Positions 31,699 to 47,619 of a stretch of DNA of 64,000 bases are shown here, piece by piece; the first letter of the stretch is position 1, and the number at the start of each line of letters is the position of its first letter. The DNA lies in the NCBI RefSeq assembly GCF_009914755.1, contig NC_060932.1; one strand, given 5' to 3'. The position numbers and the translations under genes are program-made. The DNA comes from the human T2T-CHM13v2.0 reference genome, Homo sapiens. Under the pieces are notes generated by a model. The model saw nothing but the letters and a program-made list of their open reading frames with translations. It ran no database searches and was not told where the DNA came from.

Positions 31699-32040
<342 letters not shown>

Positions 32041-32739
32041 TCATTTTTTTGTGGAAATTATACATGTTTAGGCTTTAAAAATTGCTTCCATGCCCAAGAT
32101 TGAAATGAATTTTACATTGGGGAAAGTGTTATAAAGGTATAATCAAATTTATGGTTTATATATTCAATAATATATTGTGAATTGATATAATAACTGAGTA
32201 ATATAACTGTTTCACATTTTGAAACTGATTTCAGCTTTTTCCTTTTGAAATTTAGAAGTTATGATGAAATTTCTTAATTTGAACCTATTACTAAAGTTTC
32301 CATTTTAATTTTTCTAATTAATGATCTCTTGTTAAAGCAATGAATCAGAGTTTTTGAATGATGTGTGCAGAATTCTTGCTTGTTTATGAGAGACTGAATT
32401 ATTAGTTCACTAGTTGATGAACTGGTTTTCTTTTGGTAGGTAATTAAGAATCCTCTGCTTTTTCTTTTTTTTTTTTTCTTGGTCCTCTTGTTTTTTTTTT
32501 TTATTTTTTTATTTTTTTATTTATTTATTTTTTATTATACTTTAAGTTTTAGGGTACATGTGCACATTGTGCAGGTTAGTTACATATGTATACATGTGCC
32601 ATGCTGGTGCGCTGCACCCACTAACTAGTCATCTAGCATTAGGTATATCTCCCAATGCTATCCCTCCCCCCCTCCCCCCACCCCACCACAGTCCCCAGAG
32701 TGTGATATTCCCCTTCCTGTGTCCATGTGATCTCATTGT

Positions 32740-36596
<3,857 letters not shown>

Positions 36597-36632
36597 TTAG
36601 TTGATGCAGTTTCTTCCTAGTCTCGATGGTCT

Positions 36633-37649
36633 TTACATTTTGGCATGATTTTGCAGCGGCTGGTACCGGTTGTTCCTTTCCATGTTTAGTGCTTCCTTCA
36701 GGAGCTCTTTTAGGGCAGGCCTGGTGGTGACAAAATCTCTCAGCATTTGCTTGTCTGTAAAGTATTTTATTTCTCCTTCACTTATGAAGCTTAGTTTGGC
36801 TGGATATGAAATTCTGGGTTGAAAATTCTTTTCTTTAAGAATGTTGAATATTGGCCCCCACTCTCTTCTGGCTTGTAGGGTTTCTGCTGAGAGATCCGCT
36901 GTTAGTCTGATGGGCTTCCCTTTGAGGGTAACCTGACCTTTCTCTCTGGCTGCCCTTAACATTTTTTCCTTCATTTCAACTTTGGTGAATCTGACAATTA
37001 TGTGTCTTGGAGTTGCTCTTCTCGAGGAGTATCTTTGTGGCATTCCCTGTATTTCCTTAATCTGAACGTTGGCCTGCCTTGCTAGATTGGGGAAGTTCTC
37101 CTGGATAATATCCCGCAGAGTGTTTTCCAACTTGGTTCCATTCTCCCCATCACTTTCAGGTACACCAATCAGACGTAGATTTGGTCTTTTCACATAGTCC
37201 CATATTTCTTGGAGGCTTTGCTCATTTCTTTTTATTCTTTTTTCTCTAAACTTCCCTTCTCGCTTCTTTTCATTCATTTCATCTTCCATCGCTGATACCC
37301 TCTCTTCCAGTTGATCGCATCGGCTCCTGAGGCTTCTGCATTCTTCACGTAGTTCTCGAGCCTTGGTTTTCAGCTCCATCAGCTCCTTTAAGCACTTCTC
37401 TGTATTGGTTATTCTAGTTATACATTCTTCTAAATTTTTTTCAAAGTTTTCAACTTCTTTGCCTTTGGTTTGAATGTCCTCCCGTAGCTGAGAGTAATTT
37501 GATCGTCTGAAGCCTTCTTCTCTCAGCTCGTCAAAGTCATTCTCCATCCAGCTTTGTTCCGTTGCTGGTGAGGAACTGCGTTCCTTTGGAGGAGGAGAGG
37601 CGCTCTGCATTTTAGAGTTTCCAGTTTTTCAGTTCTGTTTTTTCCCCAT
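36633..37649 (-). pseudogene. ORF1: L1 ORF1 of copy B: codon-7 stop, then open for 325 aa from a new ATG at codon 14 (37610)
   Basis: ATG GGG AAA AAA CAG AAC TGA at 37649-37629; ACG>ATG at 37608-37610. REKG, ARR and YPAKLS motifs intact. Confidence 0.95.
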
Positions 37650-38542
37650 CTTTGTGGTTTTATCTACTTTTGGTCTTTGATGATGGTGATGTACAGATGG
37701 GTTTTTGGTGTGGATGTCCTTTCTGTTTGTTAGTTTTCCTTCTAACAGACAGGACCCTCAGCTGCAGGTCTGTTGGAATACCCTGCAGTGTGAGGTGTCA
37801 GTGTGCCCCTGCTGCGGGGTGCCTCCCAGTTAGGCTGCTTGGGGGTCAGGGGTCAGGGACCCACTTGAGGAGGCAGTCTGCCCGTTCTCAGATCTCCAGC
37901 TGTGTGCTGGGAGAACCACTGCTCTCTTCAAAGCTGTCAGACAGGGACCCTTAAGTCTGCAGAGGTTACTGCTGTCTTTTTGTTTGTCTGTGCCCTGCCC
38001 CCAGAGATGGAGCCTACAGAGGCAGGCAGGCCTCCTTGAGCTGTGGTGGGCTCCACCCAGTTGGAGCTTCCCCGCTGCTTTGTTTACCTAATCAAGCCTG
38101 GGCAATGGCGGGCGCCCCTCCCCCAGCCTCGCTGCCGCCTTGCAGTTTGATCTCAGACTGCTGTGCTAGCAGTCAGCGAGATTCCGTGGGCGTAGGACCC
38201 TCTGAGCCAGGTGTGGGATATAATCTCGTGGTGCGCCGCTTTTTAAGCCGGTCTGAAAAGCGCAATATTCGGGTGGCAGTGACCCGATTTTCCAGGTGCG
38301 TCCGTCACCCCTTTCTTTGACTCGGAAAGGGAACTCCCTGACCCCTTGCGCTTCCCAAGTGAGGCAATGCCTCGCCCTGCTTCGGCTCGCGCATGGTGCG
38401 CGCACCCACTGGCCTGCGCCCACTGTCTGGCACTCCCTAGTGAGAGAAACCTGGTACCTCAGATGGAAATGCAGAAATCACCCGTCTTCTGCGTCGCTCA
38501 CGCTGGGAGCTGTAGACCGGAGCTGTTCCTGTTCAGCCATCT
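37650..38542 (-). promoter_or_regulatory. L1 5'UTR of copy B: sense and antisense promoter region
   Basis: CpG-rich L1 5'UTR; the 5' end begins within the YY1 motif (AAGATGGCTG). Confidence 0.85.
38105..38320 (+). CDS. ORF0: L1 ORF0, intact 71 aa
   Basis: MAGAPPPASLPPCSLISDCCAS...RFSRCVRHPFL*; good Kozak context (gcaATGg); donor-like GT at 38211 and 38296. Confidence 0.8.
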   Translation: MAGAPPPASLPPCSLISDCCASSQRDSVGVGPSEPGVGYNLVVRRFLSRSEKRNIRVAVTRFSRCVRHPFL

Positions 38543-38795
38543 TCCTCTGCTTTTTCTGTGAAGGTGTAAACAGTGAGGTACTTGAAGGATGAGACTTAAA
38601 CCAATCTTTTATGAATTTGTTTTTTACTGTTATTGGAAATGGAAGATACGTACCTTCATGCTATAATGAAGGACATTTTGACCACTTTGAATATCAACAC
38701 TTAATAAGTTTCTAAAAATTTATGTTTATATTTTAAATGGCAGTTAAAAATTAAAGCTCAAAGAGACTAAACATTAAAGATCCTATAAATAACAT

Positions 38796-39236
38796 TGTGA
38801 AAGTTGATCATACAAATTGGGTCAATCTTGGCACACCCAGCTAAAACAGAGTCAAGAGGCTAGGGGGATAAAGCACTGGTCACATGACATTGCTCTGAGA
38901 ATGTAATTCTCTGCAAGCCTGCTGCTGAAACTGCCTGGTGTAACCTGAAACCAGTTTTATCTAATAGCTGCTGGAACAACCTGCCTCAACTCGAAGATTA
39001 GTCTTAATCAGTTACAGTCACTCACCAGCTCCCCAGAACTTTACTAGAGCCAGTGACCTTTCTTTAAATATGATATGTAACACTTCCCCTTTTTAGAAGA
39101 CCTACAACCTTCTCTTTGTTCTTCAGACATACTGAAGACCACTCAGTCTGTATATACCTCAAATTGCAATTCTTGCTTCCCAAATCAAATCTTACATTTA
39201 GAGATCTGTCTGTACATTTTTATTTTGATTTCAACA
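38796..39236 (+). mobile_element. Solo ERV LTR, family uncertain
   Basis: TG...CA termini, 4-bp TSD acat (38792-38795, 39237-39240), 441 bp. Confidence 0.75.
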
Positions 39237-40619
39237 ACATGTAAAGATACATGTAGCTAGGTGACCATGAAGTTGATCAATATGACTGGAATACAATTGA
39301 GAATGAAAGGAGAGGCTAGTAAAAATTACCCCATGGCAATAAGAATAAACTAGAACTGTTCTAAACAAATCTAATGCAAACAGGGTGAGATTTTATGTCG
39401 TCAAAATGAAATTAAATAGTATACTTTAGAAATCTTTTTAAAGCCATGTAAGACATTAAACATTTAATATTTGATCACAGTGATTATAGAATTCAGAATT
39501 ATGTTCAATTCTTTTTTGGTTTAAGTTCATAGTCATTTTGTAATAAAATGCGGAACTAATAAAACTCACTTTAGATTTGAAAGCTAGAGCTAGTGCAGAG
39601 AAGATTGACGGTGATGGTAAAAGTGAAAATCCTGCTACATGAGGATTACTGGAAGTAATTTGCCAAGTTTAGCTTGGAAAATGAAAAATAATAGGCTTAT
39701 TATTGTTCCCTTTGAATTATAAAAATGTGTTCTATGGTTAAGGCTTTTTCTTTGTAGCTCCAGAGAGCAAAACTAGATCCCGTGGATGGTAAATATATGC
39801 ATTCAATGTAAGAAAGAAGAATTTTGAAATATCATTGTTTTGAAGTGCAATTGGCTGCTTAGTGGGATAGCAGGATAGCAAGCTAATTTGTACTGGAAGT
39901 GTTCACCTTTAGTGCTCAGCTGTCAAGACTGTACATGCCATATTTTGTGGGAGGTTTAATTAAATTTAATTAAAATGGAATTTTTTTCTTAAGCAAGTAT
40001 TGGAAGAGTACATTAAAAGAAGTATAAGCCATTTATGTATATCCTAAAACCAGAAAAAAACCACAAACCCTTATTTTATTAGAGATCTTTCTTAAAATGA
40101 GGATGTAGTTTTTGGAAGGAAAAATCAGGAAAGGAAATAAGAGGAGTAGCACCTTAGTAAGCAGATGTGCTGAATTAAATCTCATGATAGATAGTGTCAG
40201 TTGTTTGTCCTCTGTATTGCAGGGGCAGTATTTTGTGAGAATATGTTGTTTAAACAGGTACTTAAAGGCAGTGTAATCAAACACAGCAGCTTAACTGTTT
40301 TAATATTTCTGTGGGAATTTGAAATATTTAGATGTTTAATTGATGTTAAACTTATTAAAGATTTCCTTAAGATTCTTAATTGTCAACGTCATAAAAGTAT
40401 TTTTATGGTTAATTTGAGTAATTAGAGAACCAATGTGTTGGCGTGTAGTTAGTTATAAAATTATCAGTCTCAGCACAACATTGACTTAAAGGCAGGGTGA
40501 TCCAGAAGGATAGGGGTGTTTGTTTTGTTGTTTCTTCCCCCGCTTTTTTGTATTATAAAAGCGAGAAAAGATTCTGCTTACATGTAGGAATTGTCTTACA
40601 ATTCTCTTATCTGTTTTGA

Positions 40620-42500
40620 TTAATTTGGTCATTGATTATGCATTAAATGAGTGCTAGCACTCTTACATGTTCAGGGGAATCTAAAGGTAAAGAAAGTACA
40701 TCCTTTTCAGAGACTCTTTAGTGAGGGAGACAGGAAAACTAACAAGAGCAATATAAGTGCTATGATAGAGCCACTTTATGAGCTAATAAGAAGTCTGTAT
40801 CTCTGAATGGTAAGAAATGGTAAAGGCTTCCTAGGTAATTGAGTCAATACAGTTTTGACAAATGAGGAAGAGTGTGACATGATGGAGGCTGCCCGTTGGA
40901 TCTGGAATATGTGTGTATGGGTGGGGGTGGTGAAGGAGGAGGGTGAATGGAAAATCCCAGGTAGTGAGAACAGGATTCATTGACACAGGCAATCTGAAAG
41001 TATAGTGAGTTTAGGGAATTTCAAATAGTGGGATCTTTTATATGTACAGGGTTCTATTGGGATTTATGAAGTGAGTCTGGAAAGATATAATTGGAGGTAA
41101 AGCTTTGAGAGATCTGAAATACTATTTGGAGTGTTTGTAGTTTATATTGTAGGAGACATAAAGACATTGAACGATGATATACAGATATATATTACATATC
41201 TGCTTATTAAAAAGATAACCTTTACATTAGTGTAGAAGGAATTTTGTGTTAGAAATACTCTAAAATAAGATTCTTGAAATCATGGTTATGAAAGTATTAC
41301 ATCGGAAGAGATGATGAAAGGCTGCTGCTACTATGTTAGAAATGAAGAGAAGGGGATAGAGTAAAAAATTCATCAGTTGCCTAACTGGCGTTAGGAATAG
41401 AGTGGCATTAGGAATACAGATGTGGGAGCTATATAGGGGGACAGAGTTCACTTTTAGATCCATGGCATTTGAAGTCCTTGGCAATTTCATTCAATAAAGG
41501 TTCAAGAGAGAGGTACAGATTTGAGATGGATAATGTTACAGTCTCACCAATGCACCACAATGTAGCAGTTTCTTATTCTGAGGTATCACCTGGAGTTCTT
41601 TTTCTCATGACCTAGAGAAGTAAGAAACGTGGACACAAAGGGTGAGGTTGGAGCGAAAGTTTAATAAGCGAAAGATAAAAAGCTGTCTGCTGTGAAGAGG
41701 GGACCTGGGAGAGGGTTGTGTTTTTTTACAGTTGAATGCAAAGGCTTTTATAGGAAACTGATGAGGGCTGGGCATCTCATTTGCATAAAGCGTGAATTTC
41801 TTGTAGCTCCACCCTGTCTTCCTAATGTGCCTGTGGGCCCTTAGCCTAGAATCAATCACTCCCTATTGGTTTGTTCCCCTTACTGTGGATGTTTTAGGGG
41901 ATGGAATTTTCCATTGTGGGACTATCTGGGCAAGTCACCTGTGTAGCCTTTTTTACCTGTTCGACTGTCGGAATGTCTTAGTCAAGCCCCTCAGTGTCTG
42001 TGCCTGCAGACTGTTCTTTTGTTTGAAAAGATTCAACGGAGGACCCACCCTAACTGCCTGCGTGAGCGTGACCGGGTTTTTTTGTTTCTCCTCTCTCAAT
42101 AATAGCTGCCATAATGTGTAAGTAGAGAGTTAAAGCCATGAAAGTAGATGGGATCACCCATAGAATTCCTACGGAATAAAGAGAGAAGATGGCTGAAGGA
42201 AATGGAATTCTGAAGAAAATCAGTGAAGAAGGTTGAGGAGTAGTCAGGGAGTTATGAGGGGAACTAGGAGAGTATGGTATGTCAGAAACCAGGAAAAATA
42301 TTTTAAAGATGGAATGATTAACAGTGCTAAATATTATGTTCATATAAGGTCAAGTCAGAGAAGTATCCATATATTTGCCTGTTAAAAGGTCATTTTTAGT
42401 TGGCCAGAAACAATTTAAGTCAGTAGTGACTGTGAAGGACTGAATGTTGTGAGTTAAGAAGTGAATTCAAGGTGAAAACAAACAGCTTACCTTTGAGAGA
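40620..42500 (-). mobile_element. L2 fragments split by the MER61 LTR
   Basis: Purine-rich L2-like sequence on both sides of 41534-42098. Boundaries approximate. Confidence 0.5.
41534..42098 (-). mobile_element. Solo ERV1 LTR (MER61-like)
   Basis: Minus strand starts TGAGAGAGGAGAAA; TG...CA ends; 4-bp TSD ataa (41530-41533, 42099-42102). Confidence 0.8.
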
Positions 42501-43036
42501 AGCTTGTATAAGTCATTAGTGGGGAAAAACACCGTTGTAGTGGGGTGGGGAACAACACCGTTAACTTGAAGTAAATGCATATTCAAAAGAGGAGTTGGTT
42601 CTTGGGTGGGGTGGGATGGAGAGACCACTTTGCTTTTATAGGAAAACAGCAGAAGGAGTCAGTAAAGTAAGATAGGAGAGTGGGATAGAAGAGGGCTAAA
42701 TGATTGATCAAGGTCTGGGAATAATTGGTTTCCTGGAACACAAGTAAAGAGGGTCGCATTACCTCAGGCCCAGCCAGGACACACACTTCTATCTAGATCA
42801 GGAGCGCTAGAGGTAAATACTGTGAATGCAAATCATTTGGAGTGAGAAACTGAGGAGATTAATGCAACATGGTTTTAATTTTCTCTATGAAGTAGGAGTC
42901 AGGAGAACTGAACGCTATTGAAATAGCTGTCACTCATAGCTGAGCATACCTATTGTGTGGAGCCAGGGTTGATACCGACAAGCATTTGGGGAGCAGGATC
43001 AGTAGGTGTTTAAGGGATAACAGCATTAGTTTAATC

Positions 43037-43203
43037 CAGTAGTTTTCATTGTAGTTCTTAGACCACCACCTTTGGCGTTATTGGGAACTTCCTGGAATTA
43101 AAATTCTTGGGCCCCACTGACCTCCTGATTTTGAAATTCTTAATTTTGTAAAAATAAGCCATCCTAGTGATTCTGATGAATGCTAAAGTTTGAGAACTGC
43201 TGG
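43037..43203. mobile_element. MER5A (hAT-Charlie MITE)
   Basis: aaattcttgggcccca...gtgattctgatgaatgctaaagtttgagaactgctg. Confidence 0.7.
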
Positions 43204-43639
43204 TTGGGGGATTACACTTTGAAAACCACTGCTTTTCTTAATATGTTAATAGCCAGTTTTTCTTACTCCCTTCGACATGCCTAACATTTTTTCTTCTATT
43301 AAGGAAGCTCTGTTTTATTTTGTCCTGAAACAAATTATTTAATAGTAATTTCATAATTAACTTGCTGTGCTATTGGATTATACTACTTATAACTTGGATT
43401 TCTTCTAAATATGGCACAGAACTGAAACTAATGAAATTGTTAGTGGACCTTATTCCTTACACTGCTCTCCCTGTATCCATCCTGATCTTGAGTTTATTTT
43501 TTTAAAAAACTTCTTTCTGGATTTGTTAGCATTCCAGAAATGTACCTTTTGCACTTAAGGCAGCATTATAACATTATGTTTTGTTACTGCTTCTGTCTTT
43601 TACATTAAAAAAGCATCCACTGTCTTTTCACTCCATTCA

Positions 43640-45530
43640 TATTTTTAAATCTTTTAGTTGACATGTAATAACTGTATATATTTATGGAGTACGGAGTGAT
43701 ATTTCCATGTATGTATCCAATGTGCAATGATCAAATCAGGGTAATTAGCATATCCAGCACCCCAAATATTTATCATGTCTTTGTATTGGGAGCATCCAGA
43801 ATCCTCTCTTCTAGGTCTTTGAACATATACAGTAATTTATTGTTAACTGTATTTACCTTACAGTGCTATAGAACACTAGAACTTATTCCTCCTATCTGGC
43901 TGTAATTTTGTATGTATTAACCAACCTCACCCTATCCTCTCCTTCCCCCTACATTTCACAGCCTCTAATAACCATAATTCTACTCTCTACTAGTATGAAC
44001 TCATTTTTTTCCACATATGATTGAGAACATATATGATTTATCTTTCTGTGCTTGAGTTTTTAAAATTTAAGATAATATTCTCTGGGCTCATCCATATTGC
44101 TTCTAATGACAGGATTTCATCTTTAATAGCTAAATAATATTCTATTATGTATATATGTTACATTTTCTTTATCCGTTTATCTGTTGGTAGACATTTAGAT
44201 TGGTATCTTGGCAATTGTGAATAGCATTGCAGTAAACATGGGGCTGCAGGTATCTTTTTAATATACTGACTTCCTTTCCTTTGGATAAATACTCAGTAGT
44301 GGGATTGATTGCTGGATCATTTGGTAGTTCTGTTTTTAGTTTTTTGAGGGACCTCCATGCTGTTAACCATAATGGGGGTAATAATTTACATTTCCACCAG
44401 CAGTGTATAAGAGTTCTGTTTTCTCCACATCCTCATCAGTATTTCTTATTTTTTGTCATTTGATACTTGTCATTCTGGGATTAGATGTTATCTCACAGTG
44501 GTTTTGATTTGCTTTTCCCTGATGATCAGTGATGTTGCACATTTTTTCAGATACTTGTTGGCCATTTGTGTATCTTCTTTTTCGAAATGTCTATTCAGAT
44601 CTTTTGCTCATTTTAGTACTAGATTATTTGTTTATTTGCTCTTGAGGTGTTCGAGTTCTTGTATATTCTGGATATTCGTTCCTTGTTGGATGAATAGTTT
44701 GCAAGTATTTTCTCCCATTCTATGGGCTGTCTCTTCACTCTGTTGTTTCCTTTGCTGTTCAGAAGCTTTTTAGTTTTATGTAGTCCAATTTGTCTATTTT
44801 TGTTTTTGTTGTCTGTGCTTTTGAAGTCTTATCAACAAAATCTTTGCTCAGAACAAAGTCCTGAAACATTTTCTCAGTGTTTTCTTCTAGTAGTTTTATA
44901 GTTTTGGGTCTTACACTTAAGTCATTATATTTTGAGTTAATTTTTGTATATGGTGAGAGACAGGGTCCAGTTCACTTTCTGCATATGGATGGATAGTCAG
45001 TTTTCCCCGCACTATTTATTGAAGAGGGTGTCCTTTCCCCCAGTGTTTGTTTTTGGCAGTTTTGTTGCATATCAGTTGGCTGTGAATATGTGGATTTATT
45101 TCTGGATTGTCTATTCTGTTCCATTGGCCTTTGTGTCTGTGTTTGTACTAGCACCATGCTGTTTTGGTTATTGTAGCCTTATTGCATTGTTTGAAGTTGG
45201 GTAATGTGATGCTTCCAGCTTTGTTCTTTTTGCTTAGGATTGTTTTGGTTATTCGGAGTGCAGTTTATCATTATGCAACGACTTTCTTTGTCTCTTCTTA
45301 TTTTCTTACTAAATTTAAAGTCTGTTTGTCAGATACAAATATAGCTACTCCTACACCCTTTTGGTTTCCATTTACGTGGGATATATTTTTGCATACCTTT
45401 ACTTTGAGCCTATATGTGTCTTTACAGGTGACACAAGTTTTTTGTAGGCAGCATACGTCCAGATCTTGTGTTTTTAATCCATTTATCCAGTCTGTAACTT
45501 TTAACTGGGGAATTTAAAACTATTTACATT
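43640..45530 (-). mobile_element. Old L1 (L1MA-type): 3'UTR and ORF2 C-terminal part, joined at about 45257 to an ORF2 endonuclease-region fragment
   Basis: L1MA 3' end aatgatcaaatcagggtaattagcatatcc, with a degenerate ORF2. Confidence 0.85.
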
Positions 45531-46851
45531 TTGATTCAGACTCTGCATCTTAACAAGATCCTGAAATGATCCATACGCATGTTAAAGTTGGAGAAGCACT
45601 GTTGTAGACAATAGCATAGGTTAAGATTAGCATGTGGAGCAATTTTGGTAAATTGATCAATTCGAAACATAAAGATGGAAGTTTTAGGAAGGAAAAGTAT
45701 AGTATAAAGAGGGGTTTAACATGAGGTTAATAGTAGCTAATTACAATTTAAATTTTAAATTAATGTTAAATTTGCCTTGAGATAGACAATTAGCTTGCTG
45801 CCACATTGGAATTTATAAGTAATGTACTAGATCTTTAAGCTAATGCTATTATAACCTATATTAATTAGGTTCTTAAAGTTTTTAAAACATCTTTACAGTA
45901 TAAAGAAAAAAATGCATGTCTGATTATTTTGTTTTTTTGTACATCATTTATAATCATTATCATCTTACAAATAAGCATACAGCCTTAGACAACTTAAGTA
46001 ATATAGTCAGTGTCCTACCAAAAGTGAGTTAATGGTTGAGCCAAGCCATGAACAAAATTCTGATTCTAGAACTTCTTTTGGAAAAGTTCGAAATAAGTAT
46101 AAATTCTCACTATCCCTAGTGAGGATAGAGTAGGAAAGAACGGATCAACTTCAGCTTAACTTAATGTAGACTTGATCTTTTTGGTAGGTGTAGATTTCAC
46201 TTTATAATGTTTGTCTGTAATTTCATAATGCTTCTCTGAAAATTCCATTTAAATTTGGAGTTAGGCCCCACTCTATTAATATTCTGTTAAAAGCATCTGA
46301 CTTAGTATTTAGGAGGTCACAAATTGTATTGTAACAGAGGTGATAGATGACATTTATGGATATTTTAAAATTATCTTAGATAATTCCAATGTACAGCCTG
46401 CTAATGCTTTACACAGGAGTTTCTGATTGGACTTTTCACTCTGCTCTGGTTTCAGGCCTTTATGTCTTTAAGTCTTTAATTTTGCAGATGAGGAATTCCA
46501 GAGTATCTCCAGAGAAGTTTTATAGCCAGTTAATGGCAAAGACAGTTTATGGCAAAGTCAAACCCAGGCTTCTTCTTATACAAAACCCAAGCTTTAGGCC
46601 ATCATGCCTAGTGAGAGACGTCATGAGTGAACATTAGCTTTTGTTTTCTTTCTCCTCCGGCTTCTAACTTTCTTCTCTCTCCCAGCATCTAAGAAAATAA
46701 ATTCTTTCTTGCCAATTCCCCCATTAACATTTAATTTTTGTTTTGAATTTTATTTACTATTTTTAGAGGTTCTAGAATAGAAGGAATTTCCCTGAACACC
46801 ACTCTGCCATGTTGCTCTATGTGGGGGATTCTTCAAAGTATTTATAAATAT

Positions 46852-47192
46852 TTATTTTTATTTATTTATTTATTATTATTATTGGTTTTTGTTTGTTTGT
46901 TGCTTTTCTGAGACAGGGTTTTGCTCTGTTGCCCAGGCTGGAGTGCTGTGGTGCAATCTTGGCTCATTGTTGCCTCTACCTCCTGGGCTCAAGCAGTCCT
47001 CTCACCACAGCCACCCAAGTAGCTGGCACAACAGGTGCACACCACTGTGCCTGGCTAATTTTTTTGTATTTTTTGAGGAGACGGAGTTTTGCTATGTTGC
47101 CCAGGCTGGTGTCAAACTCCTGGACTCAAGCAGTCTGTGTGCCTTGGCCTCCCAGAGTGCTTGAATTATAGGCTTGAGGCACTGCAACCAGC
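46852..47192 (-). mobile_element. AluJ
   Basis: gagacagggttttgctctgttgcccaggctgg...cctgggctcaagcagtcctc. Confidence 0.9.
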
Positions 47193-47619
47193 CTATAATT
47201 TGTTTTGTCAGATCTGATATAAAGAAGTAGGAGAAATCTTTGCCATGCTGAGTTCTTTAAAGTACTTTTAAGAAAGTGTGATGCTTGGCATATAGGAGGT
47301 GGTGAACAAATGGTAGTTGTTTTTATTTTTGGCATCATTAGGTCCTTTTTTTGGTTATTTCAGAAAAAATATTTGAAGATTTAAAAGTTGCCAAAAATGA
47401 ACAGATCATTCCTGGGTGTTTTTCAGCTTAATCATTTGGGGTTTTAATTAAATTAGTTATTTAAATAACTTTTTATTAAAATAGTTTTTCAATTTTTAAA
47501 GGTTTGGATAAATTGAGGGTTTATTATGTCTACATTTATGTATTTAAAAAGTTATCCTCACTTAGAAAGGCTTTCTCCTATAAAACATGTCATATAGAAT
47601 AGGTTTTTGGACAAAGTTT

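Noticed and set aside
41918-41937. p53 response element known from MER61 LTRs
   Set aside because: Only one half-site is near consensus (GGGCAAGTCA); the other (GGGACTATCT) has lost the CWWG core.
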